DNA of 58,257 nt from Desulfurococcales archaeon (GCA_023255965.1 JAGDWE010000056.1:1-58257), one strand, 5' to 3'. Positions 1 to 10,561 are shown, counted from the stretch's first letter. Translations and numbers: made by a program. Notes: generated by a model from the sequence alone, not told the origin.

Positions 1-160
1 TAGGCGATGGGAGCGCTGCTCCGAGCCTAGGCGGATCTCCTCTAGATGGGAGCCCCGTGCCGTTGGGCTCGACGGCCCCGCCCATGAGCCCACATGGGTA
101 CCCAGAGCCCTGTGGGCGAGGTGGAAGTCCCTAGATGCGACCAAGAATCTATATAAAATG
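1..160. other. GC-rich, hairpin-dense non-coding segment truncated by the window start (candidate structured RNA or repeat)
   Basis: Sharp GC-rich block in an AT-rich genome. Perfect 6-7 bp stems are readable by eye (GAGCCC..GGGCTC, CCCATG..CATGGG, GCCCACA..TGTGGGC). No ORF. It gives way to AT-rich spacer at about 150. Confidence 0.3.
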
Positions 161-242
161 ATTGGAATGAACATCTAGGGACAAACGGCAGCAAATTTAT
201 GCTATCAGTCTTTTAGCGCCAGCTATGATTATATCCATACGA

Positions 243-701
243 TTAAGTTGACCCGTAGACTTTATACATTAATGATACCTTATTATGTAGGGGCTGATAT
301 GCTATAATTGCTGCCAGGATTATAATAAGTACGTTTACATGGCCGTCTACGGATATTATAGGTAATGAGATGGGGCTATTGAAGTAGGATGCTACGTTAT
401 AGTTACTTACCAGGTACGCCAATAAAGTATTTGCCATAGTTATAGCTACGAATATCGCAATCCATAGAATGAACATGTTGATTAAGAATAAATTCCTTAT
501 CCTTCTTTTTAAGTACTCATACCTACTCATAATAAGTCTGACCCTCTTTTCCTTAGGGCTCGTTTTCGCTGCCTTGCTACTCAATTCATTAATTTCACGG
601 ATTACCGAGTCGATATCTGATCTAACAACTATGAACCTAGTAATTAATGAAAATGGTATTAGGGCTAAGATTAATGTCAATACATATATTAGTAAAATCA
701 T
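243..701 (-). CDS. small 3-TM membrane protein with a basic helical hairpin; DUF106/EMC3-like (archaeal YidC/Oxa1-type insertase) candidate
   Basis: 152-aa ORF with an N-terminal TM, a Lys/Arg-rich helix (KEKRVRLIMSRYEYLKRRIR) and two further TMs. It lies directly downstream of secY-adk, where DUF106 genes sit in many archaeal spc clusters. Call rests on architecture and context only. Confidence 0.45.
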   Translation of the reverse strand: MILLIYVLTLILALIPFSLITRFIVVRSDIDSVIREINELSSKAAKTSPKEKRVRLIMSRYEYLKRRIRNLFLINMFILWIAIFVAITMANTLLAYLVSNYNVASYFNSPISLPIISVDGHVNVLIIILAAIIAYQPLHNKVSLMYKVYGST

Positions 702-707
702 TGTCGA

Positions 708-1328
708 TCAGCCCAAAGCCGTTATTAGATTAACTATTTCCTGCGCCGCCTCCCCCGGAGCCCCCTCCCTATTATATACTATGCGTACTACCGCGCCAAC
801 CAATACAGCACTAGCTATAGCATACATTCTATTCATCATAAGAAGCTCGTTCAACAGCCTAGGATCATTGTAATCAGCTCTATACCTGTTTTTATCTCTA
901 CCCTGCCTGGACATTATCTCCTCAACACTCGACTCTATGATCACTATGGCTTTAGGCTGTATACGCTTAACAACATATTCAGGCAATCCTGACCAAAACC
1001 CGTTGCCCGTTTTAATCACTGCATGCGTATCAATAATAACCACATTATTACCTACGTCTTGCATGAGATCTATTTCTTTTCTAATCTCCTCTGCAGCCAT
1101 CAACTGAGCGTTTATCTGGACCTCCATCGATTGATGCCTAATTTCATCCCTAGATTTAACAATCCCTTTAGCATGTAGTACGTTAAACATGTAATCGCCG
1201 AAGTTAATCACCTTGACGTTAAATCCTTCAGACGTCAATTCCTTAACCACCAGATTAAGGACCGTAGTTTTACCGACCCCAGGAACTCCAACCACGGCGA
1301 CTACCGTCTTACCCAAGTTAAAAACCAC
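708..1328 (-). CDS. adk: adenylate kinase, archaeal type
   Basis: 206 aa with P-loop GVPGVGKTT near the N-terminus. Immediately follows secY as in archaeal spc operons. Confidence 0.85.
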   Translation of the reverse strand: MVFNLGKTVVAVVGVPGVGKTTVLNLVVKELTSEGFNVKVINFGDYMFNVLHAKGIVKSRDEIRHQSMEVQINAQLMAAEEIRKEIDLMQDVGNNVVIIDTHAVIKTGNGFWSGLPEYVVKRIQPKAIVIIESSVEEIMSRQGRDKNRYRADYNDPRLLNELLMMNRMYAIASAVLVGAVVRIVYNREGAPGEAAQEIVNLITALG

Positions 1329-1342
1329 CGAATCAAATCCAC

Positions 1343-2734
1343 TTACTCACCAATTAATCTTTTAAGTAGCGGGTAAGCCTCTAGGGCCCTCTCATAGGCT
1401 ATCATAGTATAGTACTGCTGTAGGATCCCAACAGTAAGTAATATCCCAGTGCCTGTGCCGTAAGCGCTGAAGATGTCCGCAACAAGAGCTATTAACGCGA
1501 CGATTAATGAGCTAAGCACCGTTAAGGGATAAATATACTTAGCTAATAACGACTCCAACACCTTAGGATTCCTTCTAATCCCCGGTATTTCAAGGCCTGA
1601 ATTAATTAAGTTCTCAGCCTGGGCCGCAGGATTCAACCCAGCTATCTCTACCCACATATAACCGAAGAGAACTGCAAGAACCAACAGAAGCACAGCATAT
1701 GCTGTAACCCTCAGCGGATTTACATATATCTCAATAAGCGAGGATGGAGGTGCTAAATACGTCACAGCCGCTGATAATGCATTTGCTAACCAAGGAACAG
1801 AATCAGCTAGGTACGTAGAGGCTATGTTGTAGAAAAGTATTAGGTCTGAGAAAAGAATGCCTACAAGCAGTATTGGGATGTTAGTAACGTAGAGGAACTG
1901 AAGAGGCACACGGGCCCTAATCCCTGGGGCCCTCTGAGTAGTAACTGGTATATGAACCTTAATACCTTGAAGATAAATCAACACAAACATTAGAAGCAGG
2001 ACAGAAATTAACCCTGTAAGTGAGGGGACTGCCCTATTAACGCCAGCCACGTATCCGTAGAAAAGCCTTTCACTGCTTAAACTACCCCCCATTACAGTTT
2101 GAATCAGGTAAGGTATTATTCCATGGTATTCGTCAGTCCCTGGGATTTTTACGGGGGCAAATATATCCCAAACAATGCTCCTGGCAACACCAGCTAGTAT
2201 AAATAGGCTGACGCCGCTACCAATACCCCAACCCTTCTGAATAGTTTCATCGATCATTAAAAGGAATATCGCTCCTAACATGAACTGAGCAAAGATAATT
2301 AACGTCACATAAGATTCCAATCTATAGTACATGGCATAACCCAAGCCCTCAACTATCGCAATGATTATAGCTAATCCCTTCTGAGACTGGGTAAATAACC
2401 TACGGCCCTCAGGATCCCTTAAATCTATATTAAGTATTTTAGCACCTACAAGTATCTGGAGTATCAACCCAGCAGTAACTATAGGACCTATGCCTAACTG
2501 AGCGAGCGTTCCCTGCTGCGATGCGAAAACTATGCTAATTAGTGTAGGTAATTGAACGCCCGTAACTCCATACTTAGCTAGTGGGTAGACTAACGTGCTC
2601 GCCATAGCATAGTATATTACTAGTGATGCGAGAGTGAATAATAATCTAAACTTCAGGTCAGGCCTCCTAGCCGGCTTAGGAGTTGATGGAAAGTAATCAC
2701 CAATTACAGCAAAAAATTTTAACACATTAACCAA
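1343..2734 (-). CDS. secY: preprotein translocase subunit SecY
   Basis: 463 aa, about 10 TM segments. Located after rpl15 at the end of the spc cluster. Confidence 0.95.
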   Translation of the reverse strand: MVNVLKFFAVIGDYFPSTPKPARRPDLKFRLLFTLASLVIYYAMASTLVYPLAKYGVTGVQLPTLISIVFASQQGTLAQLGIGPIVTAGLILQILVGAKILNIDLRDPEGRRLFTQSQKGLAIIIAIVEGLGYAMYYRLESYVTLIIFAQFMLGAIFLLMIDETIQKGWGIGSGVSLFILAGVARSIVWDIFAPVKIPGTDEYHGIIPYLIQTVMGGSLSSERLFYGYVAGVNRAVPSLTGLISVLLLMFVLIYLQGIKVHIPVTTQRAPGIRARVPLQFLYVTNIPILLVGILFSDLILFYNIASTYLADSVPWLANALSAAVTYLAPPSSLIEIYVNPLRVTAYAVLLLVLAVLFGYMWVEIAGLNPAAQAENLINSGLEIPGIRRNPKVLESLLAKYIYPLTVLSSLIVALIALVADIFSAYGTGTGILLTVGILQQYYTMIAYERALEAYPLLKRLIGE

Positions 2735-3188
2735 TTCCAGTCCCTTGACCCGTTATCACGACTTCGCCGCCTACTTCCCTAATTTTACCCTCGGCGCTCT
2801 CAGAGATGCTATCAACATACACTTTAACTCTATAGTTCACGCTGCCTTCACCCAACAACTTATTGATCCCCAATGACCTCAGATCCACGACTATCTTATC
2901 ACCATCGTATGAGGCTCTACCACTCCTCACCAACTTCTCTACCAAATCATTAAGTTGATTTAAGTTGATCACATTATGCTTAACTACGGATCTACGAGGA
3001 GGTGTGAAGCCATGTTTTCCATACCAATCAGGCGCGTATTTGATGGTCCACGACCATTTATGCTTATGCATGCCTACAGCCCCCCTACCCCCCCTACTAC
3101 CGCTTTTCCGGTGCTGACCTACGTTACCGTAGCCATGAGTCCTATAACCTCTATACTTCCTCGACTTCTTACCTCTCCTAATAACCAT
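2727..3188 (-). CDS. rpl15: 50S ribosomal protein uL15
   Basis: Basic Gly-rich N-terminus (RGYRTHGYGNVGQHRKSGSRGGRG). Conserved position between rpl30 and secY. Confidence 0.9.
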   Translation of the reverse strand: MVIRRGKKSRKYRGYRTHGYGNVGQHRKSGSRGGRGAVGMHKHKWSWTIKYAPDWYGKHGFTPPRRSVVKHNVINLNQLNDLVEKLVRSGRASYDGDKIVVDLRSLGINKLLGEGSVNYRVKVYVDSISESAEGKIREVGGEVVITGQGTGIG

Positions 3189-3189
3189 C

Positions 3190-3660
3190 CTATATCATCC
3201 TCATAACTAAGTTGTTTATCTCACTCCCTCTATAACCTAGTTCACCACCAGACTTAAAGGGTTTCCTAATGCTTCGCTTAAATCCCCCCTTGGGTGGATG
3301 CAGCCTAAATATAGGTTTAATGCCATCAACCTTATGCCATAATATCTTACAATTAATTAAGCTGTCTACCAATTCATCAATGCTATCAACCTTGAATAAC
3401 TTCTTAATATCGTCAGGTGATATCCTTCTATTACCAACTAACCTCCCTCTACGTAAAATTAATTCCTTCAATACCTCTCTATCTACCTCGCCCCAAGTAA
3501 CCCAATCCTTAATAACATCTAGCATCCCCCTTAAGCTATCAGTATCTGGGTAGATAACAGCGTGATACTTCTTATGAAGTCTTAAGAGCTTTAATGTACT
3601 CCTCACCTCTGGCGGCGTATCTGGATCTCCCCTGAGCCTAATTATCAGCAACAAAGCCAT
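3190..3660 (-). CDS. rpl30: 50S ribosomal protein uL30
   Basis: 156 aa starting ..IRLRG.., in the conserved slot between rps5 and rpl15. Confidence 0.9.
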   Translation of the reverse strand: MALLLIIRLRGDPDTPPEVRSTLKLLRLHKKYHAVIYPDTDSLRGMLDVIKDWVTWGEVDREVLKELILRRGRLVGNRRISPDDIKKLFKVDSIDELVDSLINCKILWHKVDGIKPIFRLHPPKGGFKRSIRKPFKSGGELGYRGSEINNLVMRMI

Positions 3661-3663
3661 ATC

Positions 3664-4302
3664 TTACTGACCCCTAGCCCAATCGTAAATAGTTACAAAT
3701 TTATAGGTATTCTTAAGGGCTTCATATGTAGCTAGAGCAAAGTTTAAGGTAGTCCTCGTCTCCCCCTTAGACCAAGTCCAGGCATCATTTATGCCTGCAT
3801 ACCTAAGGATCACCTTCGCTACCTCACCAGCAACTAATCCGGTACCTTTAGGAGCTGGCATTAGCCTAATGACCACACTTCCCGATTTGCCTACCACAGT
3901 AAAGGGCAGGCTATGAGGATCTCTGCATGAGCACTCCCAGCTACCGCAGCCCCTTCTAATTGGCGTTATGTTTAATTTTGCATCGATTAATGCCTTTTCA
4001 ATAGCCTGCCTCAACTGTTTCGCCTTACCGAACCCTATGCCTACGTATCCACTAAAGTTCCCAGCAACAACTAAGGCCCTAAATCTCGTCAGTTCACCAG
4101 CATCCGTCTGTTTTTGAACTATGGACACGTCGATAATCTCATACTTAAGGTCAGGCAATAAATAATCAACTATCTCTGGCTCCTGTATAACCATGTTGTT
4201 ATCAAATATGTCCTTGATGCTAACAATCCTTCCCTCCTTAACCATCCTACCTAACCTTGTTTTAGGAATCCATTCTTCGAGCGATTGTGACTGTGCGCTC
4301 AT
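3664..4302 (-). CDS. rps5: 30S ribosomal protein uS5
   Basis: 212 aa with uS5-like core (..[17 protein letters not shown].. and ..GTGLVAG..). Conserved operon position. Confidence 0.95.
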   Translation of the reverse strand: MSAQSQSLEEWIPKTRLGRMVKEGRIVSIKDIFDNNMVIQEPEIVDYLLPDLKYEIIDVSIVQKQTDAGELTRFRALVVAGNFSGYVGIGFGKAKQLRQAIEKALIDAKLNITPIRRGCGSWECSCRDPHSLPFTVVGKSGSVVIRLMPAPKGTGLVAGEVAKVILRYAGINDAWTWSKGETRTTLNFALATYEALKNTYKFVTIYDWARGQ

Positions 4303-4312
4303 CTATGACCAC

Positions 4313-4912
4313 CTAACTATAGTTACTTAAAATAAGCTTCTTAACCTCGTCGAAGTGCTTAGGTAACTCTCTAGGGTCTAGACCTCTAGCTAATACCCTT
4401 GAAAACATCCTCTTAAATAAATCCTCATTGCGGTTTAATAATTCCTCGGCATACTTAGCTATATGTTCACCACGAATCCTATCATCACCAGGCAAGACCT
4501 CTTCTGAAACAGGTACCTCTATACCGGCATCTATACATCCTTTAATTACCGCAAAGACCCTACCTCCCTTGGTAGGTCTATGAAGACCTATATCAGGCAC
4601 CGCGTATTTAATACCTAATTTCTTAGCGCTAAGACATAGCAAGAGCCCCGTCAAATACGCTGCCGGGGTATTATTTGCATCTCCTTTCCATCCAATTTTA
4701 AATAAGGACTTACTGTGTAATCCAGCTAGTATTATATCACCCTTAGCCGCGAATTTAACGATTTGCGCTATAACGTATTCGTTGGTCAATCTAACTACCA
4801 ACCTTACCTTGTTCCCTGATTTAATCATCTTATATCTTTTATAGTAATTAGTCTTCCCTTCCCTCCTACGCTTTCTAGGAACTTTATACCTAGGCCCCCT
4901 AGCCATTAGCAA
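4313..4912 (-). CDS. rpl18: 50S ribosomal protein uL18
   Basis: 199 aa with N-terminus ..[13 protein letters not shown].. typical of archaeal L18. Conserved position. Confidence 0.9.
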   Translation of the reverse strand: MLMARGPRYKVPRKRRREGKTNYYKRYKMIKSGNKVRLVVRLTNEYVIAQIVKFAAKGDIILAGLHSKSLFKIGWKGDANNTPAAYLTGLLLCLSAKKLGIKYAVPDIGLHRPTKGGRVFAVIKGCIDAGIEVPVSEEVLPGDDRIRGEHIAKYAEELLNRNEDLFKRMFSRVLARGLDPRELPKHFDEVKKLILSNYS

Positions 4913-4918
4913 CTTACC

Positions 4919-5374
4919 TCACACTATTCCACTAATCCCTACATCCCTTAAATACCTCTTTAGATCCGATAAACTCTTAAATGCCCCACCCTTAGCTAGC
5001 CTATATGCTCTCCTATACACCTTAGCGTCTATTACCTCATGATCTCTTAACCATTTTAGGTACCTCCTCAACTTTCTAACAGTATTTATCCATAACCTTC
5101 TACTATCTATCCTTGCATCAGCTGCCCCCTTTCTTTTACCACTACCCCTCCTATGACCTGACTTCCTCTTCCTATGCCTTTCCCTCCACCTCCCCCTCGA
5201 ATTCCCTTTCTTATACTCAACCCTTATAACGCCATCCTTAATTAACTTCTTAATGCCCTCCCTTGTTACATTACCTGAAACTTCGTCTATCCTATTAATA
5301 TCTATTTTAATCCTAGACTCGCCGATCCCTAACACACTAGCTGCAAGCCTTTTCTGAAGCGATAGATTAGTCAT
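4919..5374 (-). CDS. rpl19e: 50S ribosomal protein eL19
   Basis: 151 aa, N-terminus ..LSLQKRLAASVLGIGESRI.. and an Arg/Lys-rich centre. Conserved position. Confidence 0.9.
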   Translation of the reverse strand: MTNLSLQKRLAASVLGIGESRIKIDINRIDEVSGNVTREGIKKLIKDGVIRVEYKKGNSRGRWRERHRKRKSGHRRGSGKRKGAADARIDSRRLWINTVRKLRRYLKWLRDHEVIDAKVYRRAYRLAKGGAFKSLSDLKRYLRDVGISGIV

Positions 5375-5378
5375 TTAA

Positions 5379-5765
5379 CTACACCAAGGAATTAGCTATT
5401 ACAAAACCTAGTTCTCTAGCTTTATTAATTATCTCTAATCTCTTCCTCAGCCCTACATTACCGCCAACATATACTATGACCTCCTTAGGATTGTATTTAG
5501 CTAACTCGCTAGCATTATATACGACCACCGGCTTAACTCCCTTAGGATGCAGATACCTTATTTCGCTAGGTGTTCTATAACCAACCGTAACTACCGGAGG
5601 ATGACCCTTAAGCTTAAGCCTCATCGGATTATCGTGGCCCTTAGGCTTCCTCCACTTTGGATCATTCCTGAACTTTATGAACTTCCACCAGACGTTACGT
5701 AGAAATAGCAGCTTCCTCTTCTTCTTAATCAACCTAGCTAGCTTTTTCTTATCCTTAACTAACAT
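5379..5765 (-). CDS. rpl32e: 50S ribosomal protein eL32
   Basis: 128 aa basic protein (..WRKPKGHDNPMR..) between rpl6 and rpl19e. Confidence 0.9.
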   Translation of the reverse strand: MLVKDKKKLARLIKKKRKLLFLRNVWWKFIKFRNDPKWRKPKGHDNPMRLKLKGHPPVVTVGYRTPSEIRYLHPKGVKPVVVYNASELAKYNPKEVIVYVGGNVGLRKRLEIINKARELGFVIANSLV

Positions 5766-6322
5766 AGCGACCCACCTAGTGCATATCCTTTCTCATAAAT
5801 ATAGATACCATCTACGAAAATTCTTCTATCAAGGTCTGCAACTTTAGTTGCACGCTCTATGTTCGCAGCAGTTTGAGCTACCTCATTTATATCCGCACCC
5901 TCCACTATAACGTCATCACCTTTCACACACACCTTAACATTACCCAGAATCTTGGCTATCCTCGGCGATTTCTCGCCCATGAAGTTCTCTACAATGACCT
6001 TATCTCCGGAAACCTTGACCGTTGCAGGGAAATGAGCGTATACTATCTTAAGCTTGTATCTAAACCCTTTAGTAACACCATCTATCATATTCCTTACATG
6101 CCTGCCGATCGTATATGTTAAGGCCTTAAGCCTTCTATTAGCAAAGTATGAAAGCACAATTATCTTATTCCCCTCCCTAAGCAATTTTATGTTCTTAAAG
6201 GATCCGAAGTCCCTAACTATCTCCCCCTTAGGCCCTCTAACACGTATTTTTAATCCATCGATATGTACTTCAACGCCCTCTGGTATTACCACTTCATCCT
6301 TAACGATAACTTCCTTAACCAC
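5759..6322 (-). CDS. rpl6: 50S ribosomal protein uL6
   Basis: 187 aa with two-repeat L6-like sequence. Conserved position after rps8. Confidence 0.9.
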   Translation of the reverse strand: MVKEVIVKDEVVIPEGVEVHIDGLKIRVRGPKGEIVRDFGSFKNIKLLREGNKIIVLSYFANRRLKALTYTIGRHVRNMIDGVTKGFRYKLKIVYAHFPATVKVSGDKVIVENFMGEKSPRIAKILGNVKVCVKGDDVIVEGADINEVAQTAANIERATKVADLDRRIFVDGIYIYEKGYALGGSLC

Positions 6323-6333
6323 CGTGCACCACC

Positions 6334-6735
6334 TTAATACACATAGGCTAGTAGCACTCCGCCGATCCTCATATCTAGTGCTTCCCTATGCGAAATTACA
6401 CCCCTAGAAGTACTTATGATGATGATCCCTATATCCCTAGACGGCAGATGCTTCCTCAGCCAGTAAGGCATAGATATTAGCTGATCATACGTGACTGAGT
6501 ACCTGGGCTTTATTACGCCAACCTTATTAATCCTGCCTAGCAACTGCACTTTTATTTTACCCCACCTGCCATCATCTATGTACTCAAATTCCCCGATGTA
6601 TCCATATTTCTGCATGACCCTTAAGACCATCGCTATTAACTTAGAAGCCGGCCATACGACAGCCTCCTTGTGCCTCCTCACCTCGCAGTTCATTATCGTT
6701 GATAACGCATTAGCTAATGGATCTATGACCACCAT
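6334..6735 (-). CDS. rps8: 30S ribosomal protein uS8
   Basis: 133 aa, N-terminus ..[14 protein letters not shown].. typical of S8. Conserved position. Confidence 0.9.
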   Translation of the reverse strand: MVVIDPLANALSTIMNCEVRRHKEAVVWPASKLIAMVLRVMQKYGYIGEFEYIDDGRWGKIKVQLLGRINKVGVIKPRYSVTYDQLISMPYWLRKHLPSRDIGIIIISTSRGVISHREALDMRIGGVLLAYVY

Positions 6736-6745
6736 TTCCTACACC

Positions 6746-6910
6746 TCATGAGTATTTCCTGAAGCCTAAGGAATAAGCCACCTCCCTAAAGCATTGCCTA
6801 CACAAGTATAAGCCATATTTTTGAATAACTGCATCCCTACTACCACATCTAATGCATACCTGAACCCCACGTCCGTATCTCCTATTTATTGACGGCCTAA
6901 ACTTACCCAT
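6746..6910 (-). CDS. rps14: 30S ribosomal protein uS14 (zinc-binding short form)
   Basis: Not in the ORF track (54 aa). My translation of the minus strand gives [54 protein letters not shown], with CxxC..CxxC. It fills the rpl5-rps8 gap exactly. Confidence 0.85.
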   Translation of the reverse strand: MGKFRPSINRRYGRGVQVCIRCGSRDAVIQKYGLYLCRQCFREVAYSLGFRKYS

Positions 6911-6912
6911 AT

Positions 6913-7473
6913 TTAAACCACCTCAACACCAAGCACATGCTCAAAGAAAGCTACGGCCTCATCACGCGAGATCCTATGCCTTCGCGGTATGGAAGACCTC
7001 TTCCTACGTCTCCTCATAACCCTATACCCAGGCCTTTCAAGGGTCACCGCAACATCCATTCCGAAAATACCTAAGTCGGGGTCGTACTTAACCCCAGGGA
7101 TAATAATATGCTCCTTAATGCCTATCGACACATTGCCGTAGTCGTCGAAACTGGATCTCCTAACTCTCCTGCCTACGGCATCAAGTACTAGATTGAGGAA
7201 CTTTAATGCCCTCTCCCCACGTAGAGTTACTACTACAGCTATTGGTTCGCCCCTCCGTATGCCAAACTCCTTTATAGATTTCTTAGCCCTTCTATATGAT
7301 GGTTTCTGACTCGTTAACATCTCAAGTATGGTAGCCGCCTTCTGCAATCTCTCGCCGCTCTCCCCGACACCTATGTTTACAGTAACCTTAGATATCCTAG
7401 GCCTTAACATCGGATTGCTCTCCCACCTCTTAACAAAGTATTCAATACCGGCTGAATCATCCCTAACCGACAT
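6913..7473 (-). CDS. rpl5: 50S ribosomal protein uL5
   Basis: 186 aa (..[15 protein letters not shown]..). Conserved position. Confidence 0.9.
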   Translation of the reverse strand: MSVRDDSAGIEYFVKRWESNPMLRPRISKVTVNIGVGESGERLQKAATILEMLTSQKPSYRRAKKSIKEFGIRRGEPIAVVVTLRGERALKFLNLVLDAVGRRVRRSSFDDYGNVSIGIKEHIIIPGVKYDPDLGIFGMDVAVTLERPGYRVMRRRRKRSSIPRRHRISRDEAVAFFEHVLGVEVV

Positions 7474-8230
7474 TTAAAGCCACCTTAGGCAACGTTATCT
7501 CAGGAGATTCCCTCCCTATAACAAACACCTTATCCAGCGTTGTGTAGATAACTTCCTTATTAGTACACTCTATCTTAACTTGCCTTCTATATCTACGCAT
7601 GCCTGGAGCTACATTAATTAACCGACCAACCTTACCTACGTTACGTCCATCAGTAACTATCACTAAAGATCCTTCCTCCAGAGGTATGTATTTAAGTACC
7701 TCCTGCCTAGGTATGGATAATTTAAGCGTACCCATAGTCGCATATGAATCCTCCACAGGCCTTGATGGATCGCTAACCCTAATTAACACGTTTCTACCAT
7801 CATGAAGGTTCAGCTGTATGTGACCGCCCTTAACTACAGTTTTATTCTCAATGCGACATAACTTGAACGATGCCTCATCCCTACTTATAGGGATTAGCGT
7901 AAGGTAGTCTACAGGAGCCGGAATTACTCTAAACACTTCGCCGGTATCCACCACCTCTACTACATCCATCAATCCCACTGGGTACCTATAATTGGTCCTA
8001 ACAACGCAATCCACCTTAAAATGGCCCTCAGCAATCAATTTCCTCGCCTCCCGCCCTGTTTCCGCATACCTAAGGATGTCCCTTACTATTAATAGTAGTG
8101 GTATTGATTTCGAAGCCGGATGAGGTCCGCATGAAGGCCTAACCACCCACTTAAACTCTTTCCTTAGCACTGGCCAGAAATCCGGTGATGCAAGCCTCTT
8201 TAAATGCCTAGATCCACCCATCTTACCCAT
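7463..8230 (-). CDS. rps4e: 30S ribosomal protein eS4
   Basis: 255 aa, N-terminus MGKMGGSRHLKRLASP.. typical of S4e. Conserved position. Confidence 0.9.
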   Translation of the reverse strand: MGKMGGSRHLKRLASPDFWPVLRKEFKWVVRPSCGPHPASKSIPLLLIVRDILRYAETGREARKLIAEGHFKVDCVVRTNYRYPVGLMDVVEVVDTGEVFRVIPAPVDYLTLIPISRDEASFKLCRIENKTVVKGGHIQLNLHDGRNVLIRVSDPSRPVEDSYATMGTLKLSIPRQEVLKYIPLEEGSLVIVTDGRNVGKVGRLINVAPGMRRYRRQVKIECTNKEVIYTTLDKVFVIGRESPEITLPKVALNVG

Positions 8231-8236
8231 TATCCG

Positions 8237-8614
8237 TCACCCAGCCTTAGTCGCTACCCCCTTACGTCTCTTAATAATTTCCTCCCTTAATTTATCACTC
8301 ATGTCAACCTTAGTTATTATAACCTTCGATGGATGTATCCCATAGTATACCGGGGTACCATCAGATCTCTTCATAGTAACTCCCTCAACATATATCCTAA
8401 CCCTCTTTAAGTCGACTTTAACTACCTTACCTTCATGACCTGCCCAATCACCCCTTAATATTTTAACTACATCCCCTACCCTTATTGGCAACCTCTTAAC
8501 ACCATACCTACTCATTAGGTCATCCGCTAATCTAGCATTAAATAATTTACGTCTCTTATGGAGGGGTGCATTAATTAATTGAAGCCTTTGCTTACTTGGC
8601 TTTGACGACCCCAT
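8237..8614 (-). CDS. rpl24: 50S ribosomal protein uL24
   Basis: 125 aa with a KOW-like segment (..[19 protein letters not shown]..). Conserved position. Confidence 0.9.
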   Translation of the reverse strand: MGSSKPSKQRLQLINAPLHKRRKLFNARLADDLMSRYGVKRLPIRVGDVVKILRGDWAGHEGKVVKVDLKRVRIYVEGVTMKRSDGTPVYYGIHPSKVIITKVDMSDKLREEIIKRRKGVATKAG

Positions 8615-8622
8615 CGGAGCAC

Positions 8623-9057
8623 CTACACTATTATTGTGGCTATGTTAGATATCGTGGGCCATCTTTCAGCGGCCTCCCTAGCTATAGGACCTCTAACCTC
8701 GCTACCCTTAGGAGTCCCTTCAGGGGTTACTATAACGCAGGCGTTATCCTCAAATGCTATCCAAGTACCATCTAACCTCCTATACGGCTTCCTCTGCCTA
8801 ACTACAACTGCACGCATTACTTGACCAATTAACTCAATATTACCCTTCTTAACCGAGACAACTACTAGGTCGCCGACGGTTGCAACTGGTAATCTCCTTA
8901 ACCTACTCCTATACCCCGGAATGCCGATAACCATCACCTCTCTAGCGCCACTATTATCAGCTACCTTCAACCTAGTACCTATCGTTATCCCCGCAGAATA
9001 TCTCCTTCTACCGAAGGCTGCACCTAGTTTAGCCCTCTTGGCTCCCACTATTCTCAC
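8623..9057 (-). CDS. rpl14: 50S ribosomal protein uL14
   Basis: Contains ..[11 protein letters not shown]... Conserved position. The exact start is uncertain because the ORF overlaps the rps17 tail. Confidence 0.9.
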   Translation of the reverse strand: MRIVGAKRAKLGAAFGRRRYSAGITIGTRLKVADNSGAREVMVIGIPGYRSRLRRLPVATVGDLVVVSVKKGNIELIGQVMRAVVVRQRKPYRRLDGTWIAFEDNACVIVTPEGTPKGSEVRGPIAREAAERWPTISNIATIIV

Positions 9058-9412
9058 CTCTTCTTAAAACCCCTAGTACAACCATGGATACGGATTTAGC
9101 TATGGGCCTCGTTTCTCCAATAACCACGACATCGCCTTCCTTTAAATGAATGCATGGAGGCTTATGAGCGTGAATTCTTGATCTCCTCCTCTCATACCTC
9201 ATGTACTTCCTAGAATAAACTAAATACTCTCGCTCAACTACTACAGTGTTCTTCATCTTAGCCTTAATCACCCTACCAGTGAGTACTAATCCCCTAACTT
9301 TTATGTTCCCATGCCAAGGACATGTAGGATCGTTACATACTTCTTGAGGAGGAGTTAATCCATCTATGTTAATCCCTATGTTCTTAGCTCTAGTACTACT
9401 TGACCCCATCAA
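9029..9412 (-). CDS. rps17: 30S ribosomal protein uS17
   Basis: 127 aa (..[16 protein letters not shown].. typical of archaeal S17). Conserved position. Confidence 0.85.
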   Translation of the reverse strand: MMGSSSTRAKNIGINIDGLTPPQEVCNDPTCPWHGNIKVRGLVLTGRVIKAKMKNTVVVEREYLVYSRKYMRYERRRSRIHAHKPPCIHLKEGDVVVIGETRPIAKSVSMVVLGVLRRGENSGSQEG

Positions 9413-9687
9413 ATACCACCCCTATACCTTTTAATCCTATCCTCAGGTCTACCAATTATTAACTCCCCGCGAACCACTACATCCTCTTTTGGTAGTTTAA
9501 AAATAAATCTTCCACCTAGTTTAGATACCTTGATTTTTTTGATCCCGTCATCCACGATTAATACATTCATATACTCATCCACAACTTTGCCTCTACGACC
9601 AACCAAACTCCTATCAACATGATCCGCTATTATAACGTCAAGCCCTATGAGCTCGTGATATATTAAATTCTTACTATTACGCATCAT
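9409..9687 (-). CDS. rnp1: RNase P protein component 1 (Rpp29/Pop4)
   Basis: 92 aa Sm-like barrel (..ELIGLDVIIADHVDRSLVGRRGKVVDEYMNVL..) in the conserved archaeal slot between rpl29 and rps17. 4-nt overlaps on both sides. Confidence 0.8.
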   Translation of the reverse strand: MMRNSKNLIYHELIGLDVIIADHVDRSLVGRRGKVVDEYMNVLIVDDGIKKIKVSKLGGRFIFKLPKEDVVVRGELIIGRPEDRIKRYRGGI

Positions 9688-9887
9688 TTCCTCCTTAACT
9701 CCTCCTCACGGTTAATTGTTAATATTCTGGCGATATTCTTCCTTACAACCTTAATTCTACCAACATTTGTTAACGTACCCATAGCGGCCTGGGCCCTTAA
9801 TTTCATAAGTTCAAGCCTTAACTCGTTAAGTAGCTTCAAACGCTCCTCCATAGGCATCTTTCTTATCTCCTCAGCTGATATGCTCAT
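9684..9887 (-). CDS. rpl29: 50S ribosomal protein uL29
   Basis: 67-aa helical protein following rps3. Confidence 0.85.
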   Translation of the reverse strand: MSISAEEIRKMPMEERLKLLNELRLELMKLRAQAAMGTLTNVGRIKVVRKNIARILTINREEELRRK

Positions 9888-9898
9888 AGCTTACCGCC

Positions 9899-10555
9899 CT
9901 ATTGACCCTCGCTTCGAGCCTCCTGGATTCCTTGTTGAGCGGTTCCTACAGTCTCAGGCGCTCCTCTGATTACCTCAACTCTATCACTAGGCTCCTTAGG
10001 CAGAACTATGATTACTTCAATACCGTAGATGCCCGGCTTCTGGGGTAAATGAATTACTGCTCTATCAACTAAGTAGTTCACATGACCGCCAGTCTTATAT
10101 ATCTTACCCGCCCTTATCTTCTCATACTTAGCTCTCTCACTAACCAATTTACCACTAATAACTATTTCAACACCAAGGGCTCCAGCGCCAAGCACCCTTC
10201 GTAAAGCGACGAAGGCTGCCCTCCTGAAGTGGTAGCCTTTTTCTATTGCAAGAGCTAACCTAGTCGCTACGACTCTAGCATTAAGATCTGGATTCTCAAC
10301 CTGGGTCACAGTAATTTGCGGATTTTCAATCTTAAAGTGCTTTTCAAATAACTCAGTAAGTTGCTTTATTGTTTGTCCTTTCTTACCAATTATTAACGCT
10401 GGTCTATCCGCATATATTATAACCCTTGTACCTAATGGGGTTTTAATTAAATCCGCCTTTGCGTAGCCCGCCCTCATAAACGTTCTCGCTAAGTACTCAT
10501 CTACCTTAACCCTAAGCATATTTAATTGAATAAAGTACGATTTAATATCAACCAA
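9899..10555 (-). CDS. rps3: 30S ribosomal protein uS3
   Basis: 218 aa with a KH-like segment (..IIGKKGQTIKQL..). Conserved position. Confidence 0.95.
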   Translation of the reverse strand: MVDIKSYFIQLNMLRVKVDEYLARTFMRAGYAKADLIKTPLGTRVIIYADRPALIIGKKGQTIKQLTELFEKHFKIENPQITVTQVENPDLNARVVATRLALAIEKGYHFRRAAFVALRRVLGAGALGVEIVISGKLVSERAKYEKIRAGKIYKTGGHVNYLVDRAVIHLPQKPGIYGIEVIIVLPKEPSDRVEVIRGAPETVGTAQQGIQEARSEGQ

Positions 10556-10561
10556 ACGCGA

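Noticed and set aside
100-140. GAGGTGGAAGTCCCT at about 118-132 resembles the RNase P RNA CR-I/P4 motif of crenarchaea.
   Set aside because: CR-I lies near the 5' end of RNase P RNA, so the RNA would have to continue downstream. The sequence after 150 is AT-rich and unstructured, and no CR-IV/CR-V-like blocks are present.
469-873. Antisense or shadow ORFs lying inside confidently assigned genes. Examples: 469-873, 2976-3206, 6054-6407, 16411-16761, 25821-26342, 28035-28508, 35330-36643 set, 48310-48837, 53408-53857 and 56144-57097 set.
   Set aside because: Each lies opposite to, or out of frame within, a gene with clear family motifs. Their products are Ser/Leu/Pro/Ile-rich low-complexity strings typical of the reverse frames of AT-rich coding sequence.
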